DNA of 64,000 nt from Enterococcus phage VRE9_4. Position numbers and translations under genes: made by a program. Position 1 is the first letter of the stretch; each line of letters begins with the position of its first letter. The stretch lies in sequence record PP680570.1; one strand, 5' to 3'. Shown here in pieces: positions 1 to 9,727 of the stretch. Below the pieces are notes generated by a model. The model made no database searches. It worked only from the letters and a program-made list of their open reading frames with translations, and was not told the DNA's origin.

Positions 1-140
1 AATTTACTATTTTGTAATACCTTTGTACTCCAGACAATATACACATCTTCTAAGGTATAGTCTCCTTCTAAATTTTCATTAGAATAATCTAAGACCAATT
101 TTTTAGCTGCCTCTACAAATAATTCATGTTTCATTTTATT
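1..140 (-). CDS. hypothetical protein, N-terminal fragment (gene continues beyond window start)
   Basis: ATG at 140-138 with AGAGGA SD upstream; reverse-strand reading gives MKHELFVEAAKKLVLDYSNENLEG... and runs off the window. Confidence 0.4.
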
Positions 141-184
141 TCCTCTTTTCTTTAACCTTATATATTTATTATATCATAATAAAT

Positions 185-215
185 AAGGAATTTCAAATAA
201 GAAATTCCTTATTTT
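185..215. terminator. bidirectional rho-independent-type hairpin (AAGGAATTTC/GAAATTCCTT) downstream of nrdE
   Basis: perfect 10-bp inverted repeat flanked by A/T runs. Confidence 0.6.
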
Positions 216-224
216 AATTTTATA

Positions 225-2654
225 TTAAGCTGAGCAAGCAACACAATCATCTACACGAGAAGCGTCATGAGAACGAGTATAGTAAGAAGATTTAATTCCT
301 CTAGACCAAACTTCCATATGAAGACGAAGTAAGTTTTTAACCTTAATATCATCTAAGATATATAAATTAAATGAAGTAGATTGATCTACCCATTTTTGAC
401 GTTCTGCGTTGTGGAGAATAGCCCACATATGACCCAAATCTCTCTCTCCTTCAAACTCCATTAACATAGTTGGTTTATAATAGAACCATGTTTCTAAACT
501 TAATTCTGGAGCAATAACAGGTGTACGAGAATCTTTCTTACCATCAAAAAAGATAGTGTCGTAAACTGTGTCTGCCGCTGCAGTAGAACCAGCTAACAAG
601 GAAGTAGAACCTGTTGGAGCAACTGCTCTTAAATATCCATTTCGCATACCTTTTTTAGCTTTGTAATAAACCTCTGCTCGATAAGCATCCTCAATACGAT
701 CTTGACAAACTCCTCGACGATCCAACCATTCTCCTGTATTCCATTGACTTCCCTCAAATAAAGGATAACTTCCTTTTTCTTGAGCTAAATCTGCCGACGC
801 CTCAATGATATTTAGCATGATTCTTTCTTCTAGCCGAGCAATTAATTTAGTTGCTTCAACTGAATCAAAATGAATTCCTTGTTTAGCCAAAACTGCTGCA
901 ATACCTTGTTCACCAATCCCAATAGCACGATAACGATTATTTGTATATTGGGCTTGTAAAACAGGTAAATTATTAACAGTGATAACTGCATCAGTAGCAC
1001 GAACTTGAGTACGTAAAACCTGTCTTAATTTTTCAAATGCTTTAACATCATCGCTGGTTTGTGGTCCTTCGACAGAAAGGGTAAAATCTTTCAAAACATT
1101 GTTAAGAACAATAGAAGATAAATTACATGTTACAAAATCTCCACTTTGTTTATGGACAATAATTTCTCCTAGTTCATTAATAGTTTCTTTAGTCATAATT
1201 GTAGGAGATTGATTTTGTACAATCTCAGAACACAAATTAGAGCAGTATACCATTCCTGCATGATTATTAGGATTATCTCTATTTGCAGTATCCCGATAGA
1301 ACATATAAGGCAAACCAGTTTCTAGTTGAGAACGCATAATTTTTTTCATAATTTCAATAGCTGGCAAACGTTTCTTTAAATGTAAATCGTTATTATCTAC
1401 AGCCTTAAAATAGTGATAAGAGAAAGCGTGACGATCAGGATCTAGTGGTGATTTCCCATCCCATTTTTCTTTATCGTAGAAATCTTCCAGAGAAAAACCT
1501 AATACTTTTTTCACTTCGTGAGGGTCAAATAAATACCAGTCTCCTCGTTTTTCTACTTGTTGCATAAATAAATCAGGAATAGAAGCACCTAAAAATAGTT
1601 CATGCGCTCGTTTAGATAGATCTCCTGTATTTAAACGTAACTCTAAGAAATCTTCTATATCATAATGCCAAACATCCAAATATGCTGCAATAGCACCACT
1701 GCGAACTCCTAGTTGGTCTACCGAAACAGCAGTATTATTTAATTGTTTAAGCCAACCAACAATACCTCCTGCAGCACCGACATTTCCTCTAATATCTGAA
1801 CCAGCAGCACGAATTTTACCTACATAAATACCAATTCCTCCACCAGCCTTGCTTAGGCGAGCAGCATCTGTATTGTCATCATAGATCCCTTGTAAGCTAT
1901 CATCTGTTGTTAAAATAAAGCAACTAGAAAATTGTGCATCTGGTCGTCCAGCATTTGCAAATGTTGGAGTAGCCATAGTAACTTCTTGTTTAGATAGTAC
2001 ATCATATAATTCTTTTACATGTTGTAGTCTATCTTGTGTTTCTTCTCTTAATAAAGAAATCGCAATTGTCATATAACGTTCTTGTGGTAATTCAAATACT
2101 GAACGTCCTTTGTCTTTAGCTCGAATAAGATATCTTTCAGACATATTATATAAACCAGCATAAGTCAAAAGTAAATCTCGTTCTGGCTTAATATATTTAC
2201 CTAATTCTTGAATTTCTTCTTTAGTATATTTTACAAAAATTTCTGGTTCAATAAGACCTTGTTCACCAAGAGAAGAAAGAAGACCAAAATAGTCGCCATA
2301 TTTTGAATCAACATCATAGCTTCTATTTTTTGAAGCTCGTTTATACAACGAATTTAATAATGCTCTAGCTGCAACAAATTCAAATTGGGTATTGCCTAAT
2401 TTATCAAAATCCATCATTTCCCCATCTTTAAAGTCCATGATTCTATCAATTGCATTTTGAATAATAACATCATTGATATCTCGGAAATCAATCTCTTGTC
2501 TACCCTGAATTTGTTTAATAACGCCCTTCTTATATGCTTCAAACGTATCTGGATGAACATCCAGTCCTTCCTTAAAGCTATCTAATTTATTAATTAATCG
2601 TTGTGGATCAAATTCCAATTTTCTCAATCCATTATCTTTTACTACTACTGTCAA
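225..2654 (-). CDS. nrdE: ribonucleotide reductase class Ib large subunit (NrdE-like)
   Basis: 809 aa; active-site SNLCSEI motif; C-terminal CxxC pair (DDCVACSA); no ATP-cone; typical class I length. Confidence 0.85.
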   Translation of the reverse strand: MTVVVKDNGLRKLEFDPQRLINKLDSFKEGLDVHPDTFEAYKKGVIKQIQGRQEIDFRDINDVIIQNAIDRIMDFKDGEMMDFDKLGNTQFEFVAARALLNSLYKRASKNRSYDVDSKYGDYFGLLSSLGEQGLIEPEIFVKYTKEEIQELGKYIKPERDLLLTYAGLYNMSERYLIRAKDKGRSVFELPQERYMTIAISLLREETQDRLQHVKELYDVLSKQEVTMATPTFANAGRPDAQFSSCFILTTDDSLQGIYDDNTDAARLSKAGGGIGIYVGKIRAAGSDIRGNVGAAGGIVGWLKQLNNTAVSVDQLGVRSGAIAAYLDVWHYDIEDFLELRLNTGDLSKRAHELFLGASIPDLFMQQVEKRGDWYLFDPHEVKKVLGFSLEDFYDKEKWDGKSPLDPDRHAFSYHYFKAVDNNDLHLKKRLPAIEIMKKIMRSQLETGLPYMFYRDTANRDNPNNHAGMVYCSNLCSEIVQNQSPTIMTKETINELGEIIVHKQSGDFVTCNLSSIVLNNVLKDFTLSVEGPQTSDDVKAFEKLRQVLRTQVRATDAVITVNNLPVLQAQYTNNRYRAIGIGEQGIAAVLAKQGIHFDSVEATKLIARLEERIMLNIIEASADLAQEKGSYPLFEGSQWNTGEWLDRRGVCQDRIEDAYRAEVYYKAKKGMRNGYLRAVAPTGSTSLLAGSTAAADTVYDTIFFDGKKDSRTPVIAPELSLETWFYYKPTMLMEFEGERDLGHMWAILHNAERQKWVDQSTSFNLYILDDIKVKNLLRLHMEVWSRGIKSSYYTRSHDASRVDDCVACSA

Positions 2655-2728
2655 ATAAATCTCTCCTTTTTTAATCCTGTAATCTTTATAAAACCCAATA
2701 TATAGATATTTATACGAAATAAACCACC

Positions 2729-3211
2729 TTATATAGAAGCATATTTAATCAAGGCAAGTAAGACATCTACCAGTCCATTATTACAATCAATAAATACTGA
2801 TTCAGCTTTTCCTTCTCGTCCTATTACAGAAACCTCTTTTTTGTCTATATCTACAATCATAGCTGTATATTTTCCTGTGGTAGAATATAAAATAAAACCA
2901 CTAGATTTTCCGTCCTTATCATGTTTAATGTATATTTCATCTTCACTATATCCTAAAGCATCTATAATATAAAAAACTATAGTTCTCATATTTGTTCCTG
3001 TTGTTTCCTTATCAAAATATAAACTCATAGATGAAATAAAGTCTTTCTCATAAGAATGACAATCATAAAACATTAAATTTAAAGAATCTTTAGTTATTAT
3101 AGGACTTACTTCTATTCTTCCTTTTGGAGAATATATTTTGCCCTCTACCCTTAAAACTTTAGAGCGGCTAATTTCTTTTACAATTGCACTTACCTCTTCT
3201 AATGGTCTCAT
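2729..3211 (-). CDS. hypothetical protein (160 aa)
   Basis: ORF with upstream SD; no recognisable motif (does not look like NrdI flavodoxin). Confidence 0.5.
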   Translation of the reverse strand: MRPLEEVSAIVKEISRSKVLRVEGKIYSPKGRIEVSPIITKDSLNLMFYDCHSYEKDFISSMSLYFDKETTGTNMRTIVFYIIDALGYSEDEIYIKHDKDGKSSGFILYSTTGKYTAMIVDIDKKEVSVIGREGKAESVFIDCNNGLVDVLLALIKYASI

Positions 3212-3301
3212 ATTTTTTCTCCTTTTAAAATCATTATAAAATAAAAATCCTTACTATATAAATTATAACATAGTAAGGATTTTTTGTCAAATTATTTATT
3301 T

Positions 3302-3886
3302 TTAGTACCAGCCATTAGCCATCCAAAAAGCTTGCGCTGCTTCCCATGAACCATAACGTTGAGCTACATAATTTTCTGCAACACGTTCCTGGTTTGCTGG
3401 AGAATGATCTCCATTTAGATAAGCTGAATCTAGTTGATAACGTCCGATGTAACGACCATTTGTTGCTGAGTATGAACCACCTGATTCACGTTGAGCAATC
3501 CATTCTTTTGCTGAACTTGTCCCTACTGAAGGAGCCTGTTCAACAACTGGTGATTGTTCTACTACTGGAGCTTGTTCCACAACATTTTCTTGCACAACTG
3601 GAGCTTCAACTACCGCCGCTGTTGCTGGAGCCTGAACCTCTCCATTGGTTGGAATCAATAATAAATCTCCAACAAAAATCATATTAGCATCACTAACTGT
3701 ATCAAGGTTAGATTGATGGATCAAACTATGATCTAATCCATATTTGTTACCGATAGCAGATAAAGTATCTCCTGCTTCTACTTCGTAATAAGTTTGTCCA
3801 TCTTTTTGAATTTCTGCTGCGTGAACACCTGTTCCACCAATAAATAAAGCTCCTGCCAATAGTCCTGCGATAATAATTTTCTTCAA
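3302..3886 (-). CDS. secreted LysM-domain + transglycosylase-like (Rpf/SceD/IsaA-type) peptidoglycan-binding/hydrolase protein
   Basis: N-terminal signal peptide MKKIIIAGLLAGALFIGGTGVHA; LysM-like YEVEAGDTLSAIGNKYG; Pro/Ala/Val-rich linker; C-terminal WIAQRESGGSYSATNGRYIGRYQL motif typical of transglycosylase-like domain. Confidence 0.7.
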   Translation of the reverse strand: MKKIIIAGLLAGALFIGGTGVHAAEIQKDGQTYYEVEAGDTLSAIGNKYGLDHSLIHQSNLDTVSDANMIFVGDLLLIPTNGEVQAPATAAVVEAPVVQENVVEQAPVVEQSPVVEQAPSVGTSSAKEWIAQRESGGSYSATNGRYIGRYQLDSAYLNGDHSPANQERVAENYVAQRYGSWEAAQAFWMANGWY

Positions 3887-3890
3887 ATTG

Positions 3891-4220
3891 TTATTCTCCT
3901 TTTTCTTTTAGTTTTTCGTTAAGCAATGAAGCATATCCATTTGCTTCATTAAATTCTAAAAACTTAATTTTGGCAACACTTAAGCCAGTAAAACAATTTC
4001 GTTGAGAATCTACTAAAGCTTCTCGTTCAAATTGTGCTGAATTAAAGTTGTCTTTTACGAAATCGAAAAATGGAAATACAATATCTCCATCTTCTGAAAA
4101 AGGAATGTCTAATAGAAAAGCCTCATAAACCCAATCATCTAATGATTCCAATTTCTTATTTACAACTTTATACGCCTCTTTACCAAAAATAGTTTTTGTT
4201 GCTTCAACGATGTATTCCAT
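3891..4220 (-). CDS. hypothetical protein (109 aa)
   Basis: ORF, SD AGGAGAA upstream. Confidence 0.5.
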   Translation of the reverse strand: MEYIVEATKTIFGKEAYKVVNKKLESLDDWVYEAFLLDIPFSEDGDIVFPFFDFVKDNFNSAQFEREALVDSQRNCFTGLSVAKIKFLEFNEANGYASLLNEKLKEKGE

Positions 4221-4287
4221 ATGAAATTCCCCTTTTCTTGTTTTAATAAAAAAGACCCTATTACAAAATTATTACAGTTAAATTACA

Positions 4288-4845
4288 TTAAAATAACCGT
4301 GATTTTTTCTTTGTAATTTTTACTGAAGTATGAACTTTATTATCATCTTCCACAGTAATTTGATTATTTTTAACTACAACAACAGGGTATTGTTCTTCAA
4401 GTTTTTCTGCTAATTTTTCTACAAAAGGATTTAGTTTTTTAGCCACAATAACTTCTCCTTCTGCAACTTGAGGACTTTTATGTCGAGTTACTTTTACCTC
4501 ATAAAATGTGTCGCCATCTTTAATACCAGCAATACGTTTTTGAGAATCCAAAAGTTTAAATTCAATATCTTCATCCTCTTGGAGAAATCCAAATGCCATA
4601 TTTGCTAATCCCCACTTATCTGCAGTCATTTGTTTTGTTGGAGTAGCACGACCTGCTTCGATTAAATAATCGTCCCAATTTTTCAGAATTTCATATTCAA
4701 ACTCTTGATGTCTAGGATCTGGTTTCTTTATGCCATTTTTCAAATTCTCTTTAAATTTTCTACTTGCGACAATAGAATTATAATACATAGACATAAATTT
4801 TCTATCCTCTGTAGTTTGTTGGAATGCACCGTATTTGTTTTCCAT
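4288..4845 (-). CDS. hypothetical protein (185 aa)
   Basis: ORF with AAGGAG SD. Confidence 0.55.
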   Translation of the reverse strand: MENKYGAFQQTTEDRKFMSMYYNSIVASRKFKENLKNGIKKPDPRHQEFEYEILKNWDDYLIEAGRATPTKQMTADKWGLANMAFGFLQEDEDIEFKLLDSQKRIAGIKDGDTFYEVKVTRHKSPQVAEGEVIVAKKLNPFVEKLAEKLEEQYPVVVVKNNQITVEDDNKVHTSVKITKKKSRLF

Positions 4846-4931
4846 AAAATAAAAACTCCTTTTAAAATTCTTTTATTTCTTAACTATATATATATTATAT
4901 CATTTTTAAATAAGTTTTTCAAATTAAATTA

Positions 4932-4962
4932 AAAAAGGCTGAGAAAAACTCAGTCTTTTTTA
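4932..4962. terminator. bidirectional terminator hairpin CTGAG-AAAAA-CTCAG + T-run
   Basis: between two minus-strand genes. Confidence 0.55.
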
Positions 4963-4970
4963 ATTAGAAA

Positions 4971-5225
4971 TTATTCTTCAACTTTTTCTTCGATCTCTTT
5001 TTCTTCAGTTGTTGCAGGAGATTGTAGTTGCTGAATAGCTTCAAGCAATTGTTTATTTACAGTTTCTGACTTAGCCAATAAAACTTCTTGCCTTGCTATT
5101 TCACCCATTGCTTGGGTAAGTAATTCTTGTGTCCCAGTTAATTGTTGTCGAGCAACAGCTAATTCAAATTCTGCTTGTTCTAATAGCTGTTCAACCGTTG
5201 GATGTTGACCTGTTTTATTTTCCAT
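4971..5225 (-). CDS. hypothetical coiled-coil protein (84 aa)
   Basis: ORF; Q/E/L-rich heptads. Confidence 0.5.
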   Translation of the reverse strand: MENKTGQHPTVEQLLEQAEFELAVARQQLTGTQELLTQAMGEIARQEVLLAKSETVNKQLLEAIQQLQSPATTEEKEIEEKVEE

Positions 5226-5674
5226 TATTGTGTTACCTCCACTGATGTCTTTCCATCTTCTGAAATTGCAAAATGTCGAACTTTATTAGTCATATCTCCA
5301 GTACGATTTGCTCTAATACGTTCATACATAGCTGTTTTTCGGTCAATGAATGCTTGGATTTCATTTTGTAGTTCAGACTTCATTTGTTCTAAGGTTTCAA
5401 AAGTTTCATAATCCATTTTGAGATCTCCTAAATTATTGAGAATATCAATATAAGAACGTAATAAAGCAATACGAGTACCTACTTTTTCTGTTGCCATATC
5501 TAAATCATCTGGATGAGTCTGACTAATTCCGGTGCCTTTGACTATGTTACCATCAATCAGTTCTGCTGTAGTAATAACAGTCACTTTAGATACGACATTA
5601 ATACCATCTACTTCTACAAACTCTGGAAAAGAATCAGATGTTATAATTCGTTCTAATACATTTTTAACTTCCAC
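5225..5674 (-). CDS. hypothetical protein (149 aa)
   Basis: ORF with GGAGGAAA SD; start overlaps downstream gene stop. Confidence 0.55.
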   Translation of the reverse strand: MEVKNVLERIITSDSFPEFVEVDGINVVSKVTVITTAELIDGNIVKGTGISQTHPDDLDMATEKVGTRIALLRSYIDILNNLGDLKMDYETFETLEQMKSELQNEIQAFIDRKTAMYERIRANRTGDMTNKVRHFAISEDGKTSVEVTQ

Positions 5675-5733
5675 TAAAATTTCCTCCTTATTTAACTTTA
5701 TAATTAATTATATCATCTTTAATAAAAAAAGTC

Positions 5734-5880
5734 AATAATTGTCTCGCCAAACACCTTTTATTTTTTTTCGTGCTTTTTGTCTAGTTAATGGATACCATTG
5801 TTCACTCTTAGCTTTTTTTAAAATTTGAGCTTCAATTGGAATCCATCTACCATCACTATCTTTTCTATATATTAACATAT
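5734..5880 (-). CDS. small basic hypothetical protein (48 aa, not in ORF track)
   Basis: ATG at 5880 preceded by GGAGAGAG; MLIYRKDSDGRWIPIEAQILKKAK... Confidence 0.3.
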
Positions 5881-5902
5881 TACTCTCTCCCTGTCAAGTA
5901 AA

Positions 5903-7204
5903 TTAAATTTTAATCCAAATATCTCCTTCTCTACCTGCTTTACCTGGATCAGTAACACTAAAGAAAATTCTAACTCCTTTAAATGATATATATGATTGTT
6001 CAGAAGATAATGCAGTATCTGTTAATAATTCACCATCACTCATTCTCAAATAGTGATAATATCCGCTTTCTGTTGGTTGTCCACTACCAGCATAATTTCT
6101 TGGGAATAAAATAGCTGCATCACGACTGCTAGAATAATTTCTAAAAACAAGCTGTCCAATACCATTCATTGCTCCACCATTAATATCAATGGCTGGTTTA
6201 CGATTTAAATTACCTACATAAGTTAAGTTAGGCTCAGAAATTTTTAACGCTGGCATACCTAAATATCGTTTAGTATCTCCAATAGTCATTTGACCTGCAG
6301 GAATATGAATTCGTCCAAAATTCAATGTTAAAGAGCCACCAGTATTTCCGTCGACCCCACCAAAAATAATATCATTCAATTCTGTTCCGCCATTACCACT
6401 TGTCGCTATAACTAACGAATCTGTTGGGCTTGTTGGAAATTGAAAATCTAATCTTCCAAAACTATTTCTAATACTTAATGGGAGTCCGGAACGATCTGTA
6501 TCTAATACAAGACTTCCTGTCATGGTTTGGTTTATAGTTTTATCTAAATAATTTTCATGTTTATGATTTACTGGGGCTAAATTTGTATGGGTGTGATTGA
6601 TAGGTGAATATTTTGATTTCATTGTTTCTAACAAAGTTTTACCAGCAGATGCTGCTAATGCTCTATCAGAAGCTGAACTATCTAATGTAGAAACTAGTTC
6701 ATCTTTACGAACATATTGACTGAAATCAATTCCACCTTCACTTGGAGATGCACCAGTCACTTCATAAGGAACAAAAGTACTACCATTCCAACCAAGCAAT
6801 GTATTAACTTTTAAATTTTCTCCCAGTGTAACATCTTTAAGTTCTCCAATAGAAGAGTTGGTTGATAATACTGATGCTCCTCCTACTCGCAATGCCCCAG
6901 TAAAATTGTTCCAATCTCCTTCCCATATATTGTTTCCACCCTTAAGAGCTATTAAGGCTGCTTCTATACCTTGATCTTGAACAATTTTTGTAATCTCTGG
7001 CACCAAATCAGAAAAATCTGATACTGTATGTTTGTGACCTTTTTGAGAAACCTCTTTCCATGATTCGTTATTTTGTCCTGTAGCTACCCAAATAGCTCTA
7101 GGATTTGAACCTGTATCAATATAAGTTTGTCCATAATATTCAGCACTAATAGTTGGTTTACCTGTGCCGTATAACATATTTCCTCTAGTAATATGAATTG
7201 ACAT
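5903..7204 (-). CDS. putative tail fibre / receptor-binding protein (His-rich HxH repeats)
   Basis: 433 aa; Gly/Ser/Thr/Asn-rich; HTHTNLAPVNHKHENY His-x-His cluster reminiscent of metal-binding fibre tips; no enzymatic motif. Confidence 0.4.
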   Translation of the reverse strand: MSIHITRGNMLYGTGKPTISAEYYGQTYIDTGSNPRAIWVATGQNNESWKEVSQKGHKHTVSDFSDLVPEITKIVQDQGIEAALIALKGGNNIWEGDWNNFTGALRVGGASVLSTNSSIGELKDVTLGENLKVNTLLGWNGSTFVPYEVTGASPSEGGIDFSQYVRKDELVSTLDSSASDRALAASAGKTLLETMKSKYSPINHTHTNLAPVNHKHENYLDKTINQTMTGSLVLDTDRSGLPLSIRNSFGRLDFQFPTSPTDSLVIATSGNGGTELNDIIFGGVDGNTGGSLTLNFGRIHIPAGQMTIGDTKRYLGMPALKISEPNLTYVGNLNRKPAIDINGGAMNGIGQLVFRNYSSSRDAAILFPRNYAGSGQPTESGYYHYLRMSDGELLTDTALSSEQSYISFKGVRIFFSVTDPGKAGREGDIWIKI

Positions 7205-7264
7205 TTATTTGTCCTCCTTTATAATCTTTCTCTTATGTATATTAAAAAGCTTTTAAACCTAATA

Positions 7265-7300
7265 TAAAAAAAGAACCCTAAAAGATTAAAGGGTTCAAAA
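7265..7300 (-). terminator. terminator hairpin GAACCCT...AGGGTTC
   Basis: 7-bp stem + T-run on minus strand downstream of 7295..7807. Confidence 0.55.
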
Positions 7301-7807
7301 ACTTTCTGACGTTTTTAGAAAAATAATACCATTGGAAATAAATTTTTGTCCCCAATAAGTATCTTCTATTTCTTTATACTCATCTTGATTTACAGGAATT
7401 GGCAATGTACTTCTTACAATAGTTTGCTGTTTCATAATCTCTTTTTTTAAACGTTCCCTTTTTGTATATTTGGTTACCATATAAGGTAATATAAATATAG
7501 CAGGGAAAACTAAAAGCATTGAAAGCAAAATTATAAGAAAAGAACGGAAAGTAAAAATAGAAGCTACTCTATCTTCTTGCTCCCATCTTTTGGCTGGAAG
7601 TAAAATTGATTGCTCATCAAAATTCCAGCGTTCAATTAATAAATCTCTTTTTTCGATTGCATTTCGAGCTTTTTCTAGTTCTACTTGATGCCGAACTAAA
7701 ACTCTACTATTGAATAGCTCCACTTTTAACCCTCCTAACCAATCAGGAATCCTGTGTTTTTCTATAAAATTCTTTAACATGCGAAAAACAAGCTCGTCCT
7801 CCTTCAT
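7295..7807 (-). CDS. membrane protein (170 aa)
   Basis: hydrophobic segment FRSFLIILLSMLLVFPAIFILPYMV. Confidence 0.5.
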   Translation of the reverse strand: MKEDELVFRMLKNFIEKHRIPDWLGGLKVELFNSRVLVRHQVELEKARNAIEKRDLLIERWNFDEQSILLPAKRWEQEDRVASIFTFRSFLIILLSMLLVFPAIFILPYMVTKYTKRERLKKEIMKQQTIVRSTLPIPVNQDEYKEIEDTYWGQKFISNGIIFLKTSESF

Positions 7808-7819
7808 CTATCTGGTTTT

Positions 7820-8440
7820 TTAAAACAATTTAATTTGGTGTGAAGAACCTTTCACATAATTTACTACTAACATAGCTAATTTACCAGGATCTACATAAAT
7901 AGAATTTAATCTATTATAAATGAAATTTATTTCGGTTAGATTTGAATCTTTTGGCTCGTTTAATAAAAGATTATAATTTTCTGACAAGTGGTGTCCTAAT
8001 CCAGAAATGTTTTCAATAAAGACTGAGGTGCCATCATAAGTATAATCAAAATACTTATTAGCAACTTTATCAAACCATAATACATCTTTCTCTGCTAGTA
8101 AATACATGTCTGGATCTTCTAACAATTCCATGAAGAAAATAATAGAATCTCTCGCCACCTTATTTCCTGCTTCTCTTGGAAGAATATTGCCATATATACT
8201 ATAAAAAACTAGATATAAATCTTCTTTAGTTTTTATAGAACAAGCTTCTTTGTCTTTTGCAGTATATTCTATTATATTATAGTTTATAAATGAATTTAGA
8301 ATAGGTCCAATAGGTTTATCAGCCACAAAAAATTTAATATCTTCCATTGAACGATTTTCTAAATATTGATTAAAATATTCTGTATAGACCAAAGGCCCGC
8401 TACCAAAGATAGCAGGCTGTCCAGTAAAATCTAACATCAT
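7820..8440 (-). CDS. hypothetical protein (206 aa)
   Basis: ORF, start overlaps upstream stop (ATGA). Confidence 0.55.
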   Translation of the reverse strand: MMLDFTGQPAIFGSGPLVYTEYFNQYLENRSMEDIKFFVADKPIGPILNSFINYNIIEYTAKDKEACSIKTKEDLYLVFYSIYGNILPREAGNKVARDSIIFFMELLEDPDMYLLAEKDVLWFDKVANKYFDYTYDGTSVFIENISGLGHHLSENYNLLLNEPKDSNLTEINFIYNRLNSIYVDPGKLAMLVVNYVKGSSHQIKLF

Positions 8441-8739
8441 AAAATCCCATCTCCTTCAGATTCTACATAGGCTTTAATAGCTGTATAGAACTCTGATGGT
8501 GCCTCAAAACCAGCATAATTTGCTACAACTAAACATTGTTGTACATAATCAATAAATCTATCAAAAATCTCTGGATTGTCCTTGAAATATTCATCAGTAT
8601 CCTTTTCCATAGTAAAGGCAAGCTTTGCTTCGCCATCTTCTTCTAAGTATTGAATACCAACTTTTTCATCAACAATTAATTCAAAGAAAAATTTCTCATA
8701 TTGTATATTGTCCAATTTTATCACTCCAATTTCCTTCAT
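8437..8739 (-). CDS. hypothetical acidic protein (100 aa)
   Basis: ORF, translationally coupled. Confidence 0.5.
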   Translation of the reverse strand: MKEIGVIKLDNIQYEKFFFELIVDEKVGIQYLEEDGEAKLAFTMEKDTDEYFKDNPEIFDRFIDYVQQCLVVANYAGFEAPSEFYTAIKAYVESEGDGIL

Positions 8740-9715
8740 AGGTTTTTAACTCACAATCTCCGCATATAGGCATATCAGAAAAAGCGTTTGTTTTATCACA
8801 AGATAAACATTTTACTACAGATCCATATTTTAATATCTCAGATTCCTTTGGCTCTCCTATATATAAATTCTCTCTTTTCGATTTTATACCTAAAGTAAAA
8901 TCATTATATACTTGACTTAAATTTGTTTTATAAGTCTTTATATTATCATCATGGACTGAGACAAAATTCTCTCCAAGAGAAGAGAAGAAGGTGCCTTGTA
9001 GAGTATTTATTGTAAATTCTTCAATTCCATTATTTTTATATGGATATTGCGTAGATAACATTGCTCCCTTATAGTCTTTTGAAAAAACTCCTAGACGTCT
9101 ATAAATTTTTTTATCTACATATTCAACATCATTAAAGTTAGGTTTTTCTGTCATAACATAAGTTAAAAATGTATAATTATCTAACGCTGCAGAATATCCT
9201 CCAGTATAATGTTCTCCCATCGGTTTATAACATGTCGTCCATCCTCTGCCGACACCCATCATTATGAAATCATAAGGATGAACAGATATAACCAAATAAC
9301 TGGATGGAAGTATATATGAATTCTTTATTTGAGAATACATTAATACGATTTCTTCTCCTAATTCTGGAGTTTGATTAATAACCTTAGATAATTTTTTGCC
9401 AGAAGAATGTTTATTCTCTATTAAATCTGAATCATTTAATAGTCCTGCTAATTTAAAGAAGCCAGCATCTATTTTCCTGGTTTCTTTATATCGTTCCTTA
9501 AACTCTTTTTTAAAGTCTCTTTCTGCTTGTGTTTTTATAGCCTTTATGTTATCTATCTTAAAAACTAATCTTAGATTATTATCCATCATAGCAATTATTT
9601 CTTTTTTCTTTTCAGTAACTTGACTGAAAAAATTTTCATAATTATTATACGAAAAGAGACTAACCCCTTGAGAGAGGTTAATCTTTTCGTACTGACTTTT
9701 CATATTTTCTGTCAA
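8696..9715 (-). CDS. paralogue A of a 3-member phage protein family (core ISVHPYDFIMMGVGRGWTTC), C-terminal Zn-ribbon
   Basis: 339 aa; shares Sx[HD]PxD-x3-MS-x4-6-WxSC and KIYRRLG motifs with 10822..12021 and 13218..15089; C-terminal CLSC...CGDC; TTG start, alternative ATG at 9703. Confidence 0.6.
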   Translation of the reverse strand: MTENMKSQYEKINLSQGVSLFSYNNYENFFSQVTEKKKEIIAMMDNNLRLVFKIDNIKAIKTQAERDFKKEFKERYKETRKIDAGFFKLAGLLNDSDLIENKHSSGKKLSKVINQTPELGEEIVLMYSQIKNSYILPSSYLVISVHPYDFIMMGVGRGWTTCYKPMGEHYTGGYSAALDNYTFLTYVMTEKPNFNDVEYVDKKIYRRLGVFSKDYKGAMLSTQYPYKNNGIEEFTINTLQGTFFSSLGENFVSVHDDNIKTYKTNLSQVYNDFTLGIKSKRENLYIGEPKESEILKYGSVVKCLSCDKTNAFSDMPICGDCELKTYEGNWSDKIGQYTI

Positions 9716-9727
9716 ATTTCCACCATC

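Noticed and set aside
3346-3687. 113-aa plus-strand ORF inside the LysM/transglycosylase gene
   Set aside because: Leu-rich translation of the antisense strand of a clearly motif-bearing gene, with no RBS. Shadow ORF.
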